Positions 18,578 through 27,862 of a stretch of 64,000 nucleotides of DNA are shown here, in pieces; the stretch's first letter is position 1; each line of letters starts with the position of its first letter. Source of the DNA: Nitrososphaerota archaeon (GTDB lineage: Archaea; Thermoproteota; EX4484-205; JAAOZP01); contig JAAOZP010000009.1 of assembly GCA_011605725.1 (NCBI GenBank), positions 1 to 64,000 of the forward strand, read 5' to 3'. The notes beneath the pieces were generated by a model. That model was not told the origin of the DNA. It ran no database searches and saw only the letters and a list, made by a program, of their open reading frames with translations. The translations under genes were made by a program, and so were the position numbers.

Positions 18578-19453
18578 CTACCAGTATCCTCTTGCTAAAG
18601 AAGTAACCAGCGGGAGAGTTATGTAGACGGCTTCCTCAGTACGCACTGTTTCAACACCCTGCTCCCCCACGGTGTTTACGATTATGTTGAAAACATCCTC
18701 AGCCCTCAACCCTTCCCTAGCCAGTATCTCCCTGAGACCCATTGAAGGCGAGCCGAATGCAACCATTATCCTCCTTCCCCCGGAGAAAAGCCTCCTAAGC
18801 TCACCTATCCTCCTCCAAACAGGCTCGCCATACTTTGAAGTCCCTATTTTAACAGCGTCAAGGCTCTTCAGGAGTTCTCCAAGCGTCTTCCTGGGTGTTG
18901 AAACCCGGTAGCCCAGGTAGAACGGTGACTCCCCTGGGCTGACTATGCTGGCGGAGAGCCCCAAAGGGTTTTCAACCCTAGCTAGGACAACGCTGCCAAC
19001 TCTGGCTTCAAGCGGCGGCTGGGGGACTGGTGCCGTCAGGGTCTTCTCAAGCCCGGCTTCGAGAACAAGCCTGCCGCGCTCAGCCCTAACCACGGCGGCA
19101 AGCCTGAAGCTCCCGGGCTTAACATGCTTAAGGGAAGCGGGCACAGTGTGCGAGGGTATTTTCAAAGGGGGGAGGAGGCCGGCGAACCTAAGCTCCTCCT
19201 GCTTCTTGAAGACGAGTCTCCTCAAGTACTGGGGGATAACCATGTAGTGGAGGAGCTTTGAGAAAACCCTTTGGTTGCGGAGCGACTCGGAATCATGATC
19301 GTCAAGATAGATAATGATCTCGTCGACCATGAATATTGCTGCAGCCCTTCCAACGAGCCCGGCTCTGAATGTTTTAATCCTCAGATCCTCTGAAACGCCT
19401 ATGACGGATGCTGGAAGCAGTATTGAAACCTGCAATCCTCCTCTATGAGGCAT
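18578..19453 (-). CDS. SPOUT RNA methyltransferase (DUF171/SPOUT1 family)
   Basis: GRAAAIF.VDEI, PQYLR, GLLPPL, QGVETVRTEEA; usual neighbour of rpl3. Confidence 0.9.
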   Translation of the reverse strand: MPHRGGLQVSILLPASVIGVSEDLRIKTFRAGLVGRAAAIFMVDEIIIYLDDHDSESLRNQRVFSKLLHYMVIPQYLRRLVFKKQEELRFAGLLPPLKIPSHTVPASLKHVKPGSFRLAAVVRAERGRLVLEAGLEKTLTAPVPQPPLEARVGSVVLARVENPLGLSASIVSPGESPFYLGYRVSTPRKTLGELLKSLDAVKIGTSKYGEPVWRRIGELRRLFSGGRRIMVAFGSPSMGLREILAREGLRAEDVFNIIVNTVGEQGVETVRTEEAVYITLPLVTSLARGYW

Positions 19454-19485
19454 GCTGCCCCGGTCCTATTATGAGTTTCTGAAGA

Positions 19486-19887
19486 CTACTCGAGCTCAGA
19501 CATTCTCTCTGAAAGGATTTCTGAAAGAGGCTTCCTCTCCCTCCCGTCTGCAACCATTATTCGCGACTCGTACCTAACGGGGATCCCCAGGTATCTTAGA
19601 AACCTGTAGAGGTCCCCGGCGTCAACAGCCCCGTCCACATAGCCCTTCTTAACAAGCGCGTAGAGCAGGAGCTTCGCCCTCTTGGTTTCCTCAGGGAAAT
19701 CATGCTCCGCGAGGGACAGTATCTCCCTACCCTTATCATCCAGGAGGCTTAAAACTGTTTTATCCACGTCGTCAAACGTTCTCTGAGGAGTAGTCTCCCT
19801 GCTTTTCTCACTGCTCTTAGCAAGCCTGTTCATCAAGCGTTTCCTCTTCTCCTCCAGGATGCGCTCCAGCTCCTTGTCTTCAGACAA
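19486..19887 (-). CDS. PDCD5-like dsDNA-binding protein (divergent paralog)
   Basis: N-terminus EDKELERILEEKRKRL resembles 43721..44032; helical, 133 aa. Confidence 0.55.
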   Translation of the reverse strand: MSEDKELERILEEKRKRLMNRLAKSSEKSRETTPQRTFDDVDKTVLSLLDDKGREILSLAEHDFPEETKRAKLLLYALVKKGYVDGAVDAGDLYRFLRYLGIPVRYESRIMVADGRERKPLSEILSERMSELE

Positions 19888-19987
19888 TAATCACCACGTT
19901 GAAGAAACGGTTTTAAAACAGCTTTTAAACGTTACCCGGGTGAAAAAAGCTTATCTAATTTAAACTAGGAGGGAAATAATGCTGTCC

Positions 19988-20071
19988 GCCGGGGTGGCAG
20001 AGTGGTAATGCGCTGGCCTTGAGAGCCAGTGGCCCATGCGGGCCGCAGGGGTTCAAATCCCTTCCCCGGCG
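19988..20071 (+). tRNA. tRNA-Ser(UGA)
   Basis: Acceptor GCCGGGG/CCCCGGC, anticodon arm CTGGC-CT TGA GA-GCCAG, long variable arm, GTTCAAATC. Confidence 0.97.
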
Positions 20072-20232
20072 CTTTCCAGCCGAAACATCCTCTCCAGTAT
20101 GCGTGACGCTGCATCGCGAGTAAACGCTTAAAACGCGTATTTTCGCGGCATTTTCGTGAAAATCGTTAAGCTCATTATGCGCGCTCAAGCACTTGTCGTC
20201 GAAGCATCAGAGCAGGGCTTTAACGGATCCGT

Positions 20233-20742
20233 TTAAAGGTGGAAGACTACCCCTCCGTTTTCAGCGGATCGCCTAGCAAGGATTAGCGTCTTGACTATCT
20301 CCAGCGTCTCCTCAGGCGGGAACGGGGGCTGCATGGTTTCAACCATTCTCAGGAATGCGCGAAGCATGTTAGAGCAGAAGTAGTCGCTGTCTTCAACCCT
20401 AACCTCCCTCCACCCCCTTGTCCCGTAGAGGCTCATATGGAAGAGGTAGTGGATATTCCTGTAGACTGTCAGCACGAATCTCCTCCCGTCTCTCATCGTT
20501 ACGACCACGATGTCCCTCCCTTCTTCGCCAACATTACGCACGCTTTCCACGCCTCCTCCCACGCAGACGTAAAGCTGCTCCAAGGCGTGGACACCGTAGA
20601 AAACAAGGTCCCCGCTGCAGACGCTGCTGCCAGTAAGTATTTCCCCAAGGCTTTCTTTTTCAGCGAGAAATTCCTCAACCTCCCTAGCGTAGCGGAGGGC
20701 GGAGCAAGACATGAAGGGAGCATTATGCTTCCTCGCCGTCTC
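20233..20742 (-). pseudogene. Gfo/Idh/MocA-type oxidoreductase, C-terminal half
   Basis: ETARKHNAPFMSCSALRYA..FYGVHALE..PPEETLEI; the Rossmann N-terminus is missing. Confidence 0.7.
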
Positions 20743-20743
20743 C

Positions 20744-20821
20744 GACCTCCTGCTTAGTTACGAACGGTATTTTATTTAAGTCCCCTATCGTCTTAATGTC
20801 GCCAGGTTTAAGGCCGGCGCG
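20744..20821 (-). pseudogene. Phenylacetate-CoA ligase-like N-terminal scrap
   Basis: RAGLKPGDIKTIGDLNKIPFVTKQEV is typical of the PaaK-family N-terminus. Confidence 0.55.
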
Positions 20822-20835
20822 CGTGCAGCGCGAAT

Positions 20836-21481
20836 CAGTCGAGTGGCAGTACCATATGATTAGCTTCATCCACAGGCTTGAGAAAACCATGGGGAGGCAG
20901 CACCCTGTTGGAATGACTGTCCCCTGGGCTCCGGGGAGGCCTGGCGGCAATGAAGAACTTTTCAGAAGCCCGGCGGAATGGGTTTCTCCAAACCCTGCTG
21001 CCCGAAACGGCTACAGCTACAAGTATGACCCGCCCCCGGCTGACGGCGGGAAGATTGTTCTCCTGGACACAGACCACCTATAACACTGTATTCATGGATC
21101 CTTACGACAGCGGTTACACCGCGGGCGGGCTCACAGGCCTAGGGTTGAAAAGACGCTGGAAGGATTGGCCAAAGATGGGAGCCAGTTCGGAGAGCAATGG
21201 GCTGCATACGCATGCTTGCGGGAGAAATTGAACCTCGCAGGGCTCACCCCCGCCCGGGGCTTTCTCAAACAGGCTATTGCCTAGCGAGCCCGGGAGAAGA
21301 ATACGTGGTTTACATTCCGAGGGAATACCCTTCAACCATATGGGTAGACCTTTCGGGGGCGAGGGGGAGCCTCAGGGCTGAATGGCTCAACCCGGTCACG
21401 GGGGAAACAGTCGGCGAGGAGAAGGTTGAAGGCGGGGATACAAGGGTCTCAAAACCTCGTTCATGTAGGAGGCGGTTCTAA
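20836..21481 (+). pseudogene. Degraded glycoside-hydrolase-like protein (DUF6298/DUF4038-like, with C-terminal putative collagen-binding-type domain)
   Basis: WQYHMI..QHPVGMT..WVSPN..DGGKIVLLDTDHL*, FMDPY, YCLASPGEEYVVY..VDLS..EWLNPVTG spread over three frames. Confidence 0.6.
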
Positions 21482-21927
21482 TAGTTAGAAGCATTTAAAA
21501 ATAAACCGTCAGCCAGCGGGCTCTCAGGAAGCCCGGGTTCGAAAAGCTCCTCGTCGCTGCTCTCCAAGACTTCGTACGCGTCCTTCTCACAGCCCTCCCA
21601 CGGCTCCCCCACGTACTTATCAGCATACTTCTCCACAACGCTCGCCCTAACCCTTAGGACAAACTCATCCCCCTCAGTGTTGCTGAACCAGGCGGATAAG
21701 CCCTCCCCCTCTTTTAAGGCAACGCTGCAGCCGACAACAGTCTTCAAACCGTCGACGACGCATAGGAAGGGCTTTCTCCATCGCGTAGTGACTTCACAGG
21801 CAACAGGCTTGCCGATAGTATTCTCAGCCTTTAAACCCATCTTCAAGCCTAAAACCAGAAACGGTCCTAAATGACCGTGCAGGCTAACAGCCTTCTCTAA
21901 AAGATCACGTGGAATACGGGTTGTCAC
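21478..21927 (-). CDS. FmdE-family metal-binding protein
   Basis: LHGHLGPFLVLG and C(V)VDG motifs. Confidence 0.85.
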   Translation of the reverse strand: MTTRIPRDLLEKAVSLHGHLGPFLVLGLKMGLKAENTIGKPVACEVTTRWRKPFLCVVDGLKTVVGCSVALKEGEGLSAWFSNTEGDEFVLRVRASVVEKYADKYVGEPWEGCEKDAYEVLESSDEELFEPGLPESPLADGLFLNASNY

Positions 21928-22476
21928 CTACGTGACCCCCTGTTTACGCAGACCCCTAGCCTCCAGGCTTAAAACCAGCGACACACCCATCACCCATCCG
22001 ACTACGCCGCCAGCCATGTGCAGCAAAACCCAGCCGAGAACCCCGCCCCACTTGACTAGCTGCGGAGCAGCCATGAAGAACACTCCTATTATGAAGCCTG
22101 CTACCGCGGCTGAAGCAGTTGAAGCAACCAGTAGAAACACGGCTCCGACGCGTTTCCTCTCGAAACAGTTCCCGTAGCGGAAAGCCCAGGTTAAAACGTC
22201 GAAAACCACGCTGGCTGCCGTGAAGCCCAGGAAATGCGTTGCACTGGGCCTGAAAACGAAATTCAGGATTGTTGCCACTAAACCCACTGTGCTCGCTGTC
22301 CCAAGCTTCCTTACCCACCAGAGTGCCAGAATCAGGGATGCGAAGCCAATCATGTCGCAGAAAACAGGAATGCCGAACATTGTAAATACTATGGGGGAAA
22401 CCGTTGCGTTCAACACACCCCAGAGCGCTGCGAAAAGCGCTATGGAGGCGACGTCGCGGATATTGAAGTAAGCCAT
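21928..22476 (-). CDS. ECF transporter substrate-specific (S) component-like membrane protein
   Basis: RDVASIALFAALW N-terminus, about 5-6 TM helices, RK.G loop. Confidence 0.7.
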   Translation of the reverse strand: MAYFNIRDVASIALFAALWGVLNATVSPIVFTMFGIPVFCDMIGFASLILALWWVRKLGTASTVGLVATILNFVFRPSATHFLGFTAASVVFDVLTWAFRYGNCFERKRVGAVFLLVASTASAAVAGFIIGVFFMAAPQLVKWGGVLGWVLLHMAGGVVGWVMGVSLVLSLEARGLRKQGVT

Positions 22477-22488
22477 CTCCAACCACCA

Positions 22489-22516
22489 GTATTACTTTTT
22501 CCCGTTTCAGTAATAC
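22489..22516. promoter_or_regulatory. NikR-type operator GTATTA-N16-TAATAC
   Basis: Perfect inverted repeat GTATTACT-N12-AGTAATAC between a minus-strand TATA box (TTTATATA, 22525-22518) and the ECF-S start. Confidence 0.75.
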
Positions 22517-22896
22517 CTATATAAAGCTTGCGAGGAATCATGCTGGCAACCGTTAATGAAACATACGTTGAGACTAGGTTTTATTGCAAAAGCCTATGTA
22601 AAAAGCATGTCCCAACAGAGTGGATATGAAAGCCTGAGGAGGTTTACAAAAGCATCCAAGCGCCTTGGCTGGAGAACCCTTCTAGTTCAAGGGGAATCAT
22701 CAGCGTTTAAAGTTGAGACATAACGCCGCAGCCTCTTAACATCACTAGGAGAACCTTTCCCTCAAACATGCCGTGTTTTCAAAAAAATCTACACGTGTTC
22801 TGCAACGTCTGAAACAGTTAAACGTCGCATGTTTAAGGAGGTGTATGCGGGGGAAAAGGTTTAAAAAAGTACGAGCAGTCGTAATTTGAAACCGAG

Positions 22897-23577
22897 TTGC
22901 CGGATAAAGCAGGAAGCCAAGTTACTCCAGCTGTCGAAGAATACTTGGAATGCATATACAGGCTTCAGGAGAAGGAGGGAGTAGCCAGGACCAGCAGCCT
23001 CGTTAGAAACCTGAAGGTAGCCCCCGGCACGGTTACTAACACGGTGGAGCGGCTTGAGAAAGAGGGCTTCGTGAAACACTCCTCCTACAGGGGTGTTAAG
23101 CTTACTGAGAAGGGTCTCAGAATAGCCCTTCAAGTGGTCAGGAGACACAGGCTGTCGGAAAGGCTTCTAGTGGATATTCTGAAAATGGACTGGGACAGGG
23201 TTCACGAGACAGCTTGCAGGCTGGAGCACAGTTTAACCGAGGAGGTGGTTAAGCATTTGGAGAAAGCCTTAAACTATCCGAAGACCTGTCCGCATGGAAA
23301 CCCTATTCCCAATGAGCAGGGAAAGGTTTTCGAGGAGGAAACAAGGCTACTTTCCGAGCTTTCCGAGGGCGAGCAAGGAGTAATCGTTAAAGTGGTTGAC
23401 GAGAAGCCTGAGCTCCTTATACGCTTAAAGAAGCTTAGAATGGTTCCGGGAACTGTTGTGAGGATTGTTGAGAAGCCAGCGTCAGACAAGCAGGTCGGAG
23501 TTGAGGTTGAAGGAGAGAAGGGGATGCTGAGTCTCAGCCTAGCCTCGCTGATACGTGTGAGGGGAGTTGTGAAATGA
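22897..23577 (+). CDS. DtxR/MntR-family metal-dependent regulator with FeoA domain
   Basis: EEYLECIY, RRHRLSE, ACRLEH, CPHGNPIP. Confidence 0.95.
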   Translation: MPDKAGSQVTPAVEEYLECIYRLQEKEGVARTSSLVRNLKVAPGTVTNTVERLEKEGFVKHSSYRGVKLTEKGLRIALQVVRRHRLSERLLVDILKMDWDRVHETACRLEHSLTEEVVKHLEKALNYPKTCPHGNPIPNEQGKVFEEETRLLSELSEGEQGVIVKVVDEKPELLIRLKKLRMVPGTVVRIVEKPASDKQVGVEVEGEKGMLSLSLASLIRVRGVVK

Positions 23578-23870
23578 GCACTACCGTTGAAACTGGGGGA
23601 CGCGAAGTACCCTTGGCAATGTTGAGGGACGGGGAGACTGGGATTGTTGTCTCAGTGAAATCAGGGTACGGGGGAGCATGGGGGCTTAAGAAGAGGCTTA
23701 TGGACATGGGCATAACTCCGGGAACAAGGATCACGGTTGTTAAGTCAGCCCCGTTCCACGGGCCGATGGAGATCCTCGTCAGAGGGTATAGGCTTGCCAT
23801 AGGCAGGGGGATGGCTGAGAGAATCTTCGTGCGGGTGGAGGAGACGCAGGCCGGCTGCAGGGAGTCTTAA
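23574..23870 (+). CDS. feoA: Ferrous iron transport protein A
   Basis: RLMDMGITPGT..APFHGP..LAIGRG. Confidence 0.95.
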   Translation: MSTTVETGGREVPLAMLRDGETGIVVSVKSGYGGAWGLKKRLMDMGITPGTRITVVKSAPFHGPMEILVRGYRLAIGRGMAERIFVRVEETQAGCRES

Positions 23871-23883
23871 AGGGGAAACAGGT

Positions 23884-25827
23884 TTGAACGGGAGGAGGCT
23901 GGTTATAGCTCTCGCGGGAAACGCGAACGTCGGCAAATCAGTAATATTCAACTACTTAACCAGGCTGCACCAGCATATTGGCAACTGGCCGGGGAAGACT
24001 GTTGAGAAGGCGGAGGGGACGCTTCACTTTAAAGGGTACACGATTGACGTTGTCGACCTCCCCGGCATATACTCGCTCTCCACATACTCTATAGAGGAGT
24101 CCATTTCGAGAAGGTTTATCGCTGTCGATAAGCCTGACGTGGTGATAAACGTTATCGACGCTTCTGTTCTTGAAAGAAACCTGTTCTTCACCCTGCAGCT
24201 CATGGAGCTGGAGACACCGATGGTCATCGCCCTAAACCAGATGGATGTTGCAAGTAGGAAGGGCATCCAGATAGATGTGGAGAAGCTTGAGGAGATTCTG
24301 GGCGTTCCAGTTGTTCCGACAATCGCGGTTAAGGGGGTTGGAATCTTCAAACTGCTGGAGAAAGCTGTTGAAATATTCGAGGGGAAACTTAGTGCGAAGC
24401 CTAAACCGGTTAAATACGGGGAGGAGGTTGAGCAGAGAATAGAGAGGATTGCTGAAGCAGTTAGAGACAGCGGCCTCCCGTATCCGGCTAGATACGTAGC
24501 GATAAAGCTCCTTGAAGGCGACAGGGAGATTCAGGAGGAGGTTGAAAAAGCGGATCCTCAGGCAGCGGCTCTCGCGAGAAGACTCGGCGAGGAGCTTGAA
24601 AAGCTTCACGGCCACTCCTGCCCAACCCTGATAACTTCTGAACGCTACCAGGCTGCTAACTGCATAGCTAGAGAGGTTCAGAGGCTCATCCCGCCGGTGA
24701 AGCCGACTCTAGGCGAGAAGCTTCACAACGTAACTACGCATAGGGTTGCCGGATACCTTGTAATGGCTGCAACACTGCTCTCAATGTTTCTCTTCGTCTT
24801 CGCCGTGGGAAACATTCTCTCAGAGTTTTTAAGCAGTCTTCTCTACGGTTTAAAACCGTTTTTCGAAGGGTTTTTCGGAACAGGGTTTCTCGCCCAACTC
24901 TTCTGGGGGGGTGTTGTCGAAGGACTGATAGCCGGGGCAACGATAGCACTGCCCTACGTAATCCCTTTCTACCTAGTTCTCTACTTCCTTGAGGACTCCG
25001 GATACTTGAGCCGCATAGCCTTTCTCATGGACAGCATAATGCACAGGATGGGGCTTCACGGGAAAGCCTTCATACCTCTGCTACTAGGATACGGCTGCAA
25101 TGTTCCCGCATGCCTAGGGTGCAGAATAATGGAAACCCAGAGGGAGAGGCTTATCGCAGCCTTCGTCACAACCCTGGTGCCCTGTGCTGCAAGAACAGTC
25201 ATAATACTCGGCTTAGTTGGAAGGTTCATAGGAATACAGTGGGCCCTGGTGCTCTACGTGTTCGACTTGCTGATAATCTTCCTCCTAGGAAGGCTTGCCT
25301 TCAAAATACTGCCCGGCGAGCCAACGGGGCTTATAATGGAGATGCCTGACTATAGGCTGCCACATCTCAGGACTGTTTTAAGCCAAACATGGTTCAGGCT
25401 CCTCGAATTCCTTAAAATAGCCTTCCCGCTGATAATCGTGTCAACACTCACGGTTAAGCTTCTAGAGGCTCTTGGCATGCTGAGCTTTTTCACAAGTCTG
25501 CTGGCCCCCGTCACAGTAGGCTGGCTCGGCCTTCCCGTGGAAACAGGCGTAACACTCTTGTTCGGAGTTTTGAGAAAAGAGCTTGCGCTCATAATGCTCA
25601 CCACCCTGCTTGGCACCACAGACCTGTCTCAAGCACTGACACCGGTTCAAATGACGGTTTTCACGATCGTCAGCATGTTCTACATTCCCTGCGTGGCGAC
25701 GATCGCAACCCTAGTGATGGAGTTCGGCTGGAGGAAAGCCCTAGTCATAACTGTTTCAGAGGTTTTTCTCGCCCTCGTCCTAGGCGGGCTCGCCCTGAGA
25801 ATACTGGTGCTCACAGGATTAAGATAA
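23884..25827 (+). CDS. feoB: Ferrous iron transport protein B
   Basis: GNANVGKS, GNWPGKTV, DLPGIYS, GYGCNVPA, PC motifs; polytopic C-terminus. Confidence 0.97.
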   Translation: MNGRRLVIALAGNANVGKSVIFNYLTRLHQHIGNWPGKTVEKAEGTLHFKGYTIDVVDLPGIYSLSTYSIEESISRRFIAVDKPDVVINVIDASVLERNLFFTLQLMELETPMVIALNQMDVASRKGIQIDVEKLEEILGVPVVPTIAVKGVGIFKLLEKAVEIFEGKLSAKPKPVKYGEEVEQRIERIAEAVRDSGLPYPARYVAIKLLEGDREIQEEVEKADPQAAALARRLGEELEKLHGHSCPTLITSERYQAANCIAREVQRLIPPVKPTLGEKLHNVTTHRVAGYLVMAATLLSMFLFVFAVGNILSEFLSSLLYGLKPFFEGFFGTGFLAQLFWGGVVEGLIAGATIALPYVIPFYLVLYFLEDSGYLSRIAFLMDSIMHRMGLHGKAFIPLLLGYGCNVPACLGCRIMETQRERLIAAFVTTLVPCAARTVIILGLVGRFIGIQWALVLYVFDLLIIFLLGRLAFKILPGEPTGLIMEMPDYRLPHLRTVLSQTWFRLLEFLKIAFPLIIVSTLTVKLLEALGMLSFFTSLLAPVTVGWLGLPVETGVTLLFGVLRKELALIMLTTLLGTTDLSQALTPVQMTVFTIVSMFYIPCVATIATLVMEFGWRKALVITVSEVFLALVLGGLALRILVLTGLR

Positions 25828-25917
25828 AAGGGAAAACATGGATCAGAAGGGCTTGTCAAGCGTTCTCTGAGCGCACGGGGGGAAATATTTATCCCTTCCC
25901 AAGCCTACTTCTTAAAC

Positions 25918-26355
25918 GTGAAGCCCTGTCCCGGGAAGTATGACTATCCTGAGCACACTTCAGACGTGTATGTTCAAGCATACGGGAGAAGCCTGGAGGA
26001 GGCTTTCGAGAACGCTGCACTAGGATTAACGGGGGTCGTAACAGACGTTTCAAGAATAAGGCCTGAGCAGACTTTTGAGGAGACTGTTGAAGCCGAGGAT
26101 TTGCAGATGCTTCTCTACAAGTGGCTGGAAGCAATACTTGTCAGGCTTGACGCTGAGCAAATGGTTTTCTCAGTCTTCAACGTGAAGATAGAGAGGGAGA
26201 ACGGTAAGTATGTTCTCAAAGCCGTGATGAAGGGTGAAAGATTCAATCCTGAATTGCATACGAGTGGGACGCAGGTGAAGGCAGTTACTCTTCACGATAT
26301 GGAGATTGATAAATCACCGTCTGGAGCCAGGGTTAAGGTATTGCTAGACATATAG
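25918..26355 (+). CDS. Archease
   Basis: EHTSDV..EAFENAA..VKAVTLH..VLLDI. Confidence 0.95.
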   Translation: MKPCPGKYDYPEHTSDVYVQAYGRSLEEAFENAALGLTGVVTDVSRIRPEQTFEETVEAEDLQMLLYKWLEAILVRLDAEQMVFSVFNVKIERENGKYVLKAVMKGERFNPELHTSGTQVKAVTLHDMEIDKSPSGARVKVLLDI

Positions 26356-26469
26356 GGTCTGACCTTAAGCGCGCGTAGCCAGCTATGCGCTACAGCTGCG
26401 TTTTAAAACTAAACTTTATTTCTAATGCTTTACTGTTTTATTTAAGAAAAAAGTTTAACGTTGGGCTTC

Positions 26470-26669
26470 CTACATAAGTCTGTCAAGTATATAGTAGAAT
26501 GCTGTCGAAAACACTTCTATCAATAGTACTGCGAGTATGGAGCCTGATATTCGCCCGTCATAATGTAAGTTATGAGTAAAGCAACGGGGTCAACAACTAG
26601 CCTGTATACTAACGTTTTTACGAGGCTTTTCTTTCGTGAACGGTGAATTGGCGGGGCATACTGCACCAC
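26470..26669 (-). pseudogene. DUF2061-like small membrane protein, frameshifted
   Basis: Manual translation SRKKSLVKTLVYRLVVDPVALLITYIMTGE, then 1-nt shift to SGSILAVLLIEVFSTAFYYILDRLM*. Confidence 0.5.
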
Positions 26670-26909
26670 CAGGCTTGCACCGATAATTCAAAGCATATGC
26701 TTAAAAGCTTTTACATTTTATATTATTGTTCATCCTAAATGATAACATCGCTTCCCGCAACCGTAACATCCTAGTTAACGTTCACCCTATCTTTACGCTT
26801 GAAACGGTGAAAGTTTTCTACAGCAGGAAGCCTTATACTGCCGTGAGCATTTATAGCGCATAGTCTTCATCTACACGGGTCCACGCATGTCTGCTTGATT
26901 CGTGTCGGC

Positions 26910-27140
26910 TTAACCACCAGGTATCTGAGACATGTATCTCTTAGCAGCCATCCTAACGTCTTCCGCGCGAATCGTTTTCCTCTTAGCGAAGACTGCGAGC
27001 TGTGCCGCGTCTCTGGCGATTCTCGTACCTATGTCTTCAAGTATTCTAGATAGTTCTTCAGCAGCTTCTTCGCTTACTCTTTCTCCTCCGGATTTCCGGA
27101 GAATCCTGTACATCGCCGCTAGGGACAATTCCTCCGACAT
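26910..27140 (-). CDS. Archaeal histone (HMf family)
   Basis: ELSLAAMYRILRKSGGERVS..AKRKTIRAEDV. Confidence 0.95.
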   Translation of the reverse strand: MSEELSLAAMYRILRKSGGERVSEEAAEELSRILEDIGTRIARDAAQLAVFAKRKTIRAEDVRMAAKRYMSQIPGG

Positions 27141-27512
27141 TTAAATTACCCTCATTTGGGTTGAATCAACTGATTAATAAGTCTTTTTAGGGGAAAAGGT
27201 TAAATTTTTTGACTAAAATCGATAAAGTCTTAAGAATCAGCCTAATCCCAGCTGAAAAGCTGTTTTAATGGGGTTTTTAAGCACCTCGGGTGCTGGGAAA
27301 CCCGAGCATCACGCTTAAAAAGCTTTCGGCTCCGCAAAGGTTTCAGCCGTATGCGAAACAGACTGGACAATTGTTCCTGCTCATAGGGACGCTTGGACAC
27401 CGTTAGCTGACTTTTAAGCCTCAGCCTGAATTTTCCGGCAGCATTGAAAACAATCGTAAAAGGCTGTGTTTAAACGAACAAGGGTAAAGATTTATGTTGC
27501 ACCTCTTGGGCA

Positions 27513-27707
27513 TGGCTGAAGGCGACTGAAAGAGTACTGGTGTTCGCAGCACACCCGGATGACGAGCTGGTGGAAGCAGGAGGCACGATATGCAGACTGC
27601 GCAGGGAGGATTGTGCAGTCAGGGTTATGCTTTTCTCAAGAGGGGGAGGAGGCCTTGCGGCCAGTGGAACCTGGAAGCCTTTAGTCAGCGTTGCATGGAG
27701 GCATTAG
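27513..27707 (+). pseudogene. PIG-L/LmbE deacetylase N-terminal remnant
   Basis: Manual translation RVLVFAAHPDDELVEAGGTICRL..VRVMLFSRG, after which homology is lost. Confidence 0.75.
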
Positions 27708-27862
27708 CAGATATTCACGGCGGCCGTCTTGACAGCGTTTAGACTCGTCTAAACGGGTGGAAAGCAGCATTTTCCCCGGCTTAGCGTCACGGCCATTATC
27801 AAGGGGAGAATACTTTTTTAAGGAAGAAAACGATGAACTCCGTTTACGAAGGGTAGTGGAGA

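Noticed and set aside
22754-22885. DtxR operator or MITE upstream of the dtxR gene (AAACATGC/GCATGTTT; TACGA-N4-TCGTA)
   Set aside because: The inverted repeats are short, do not match a DtxR consensus I can support, and have no target duplication.
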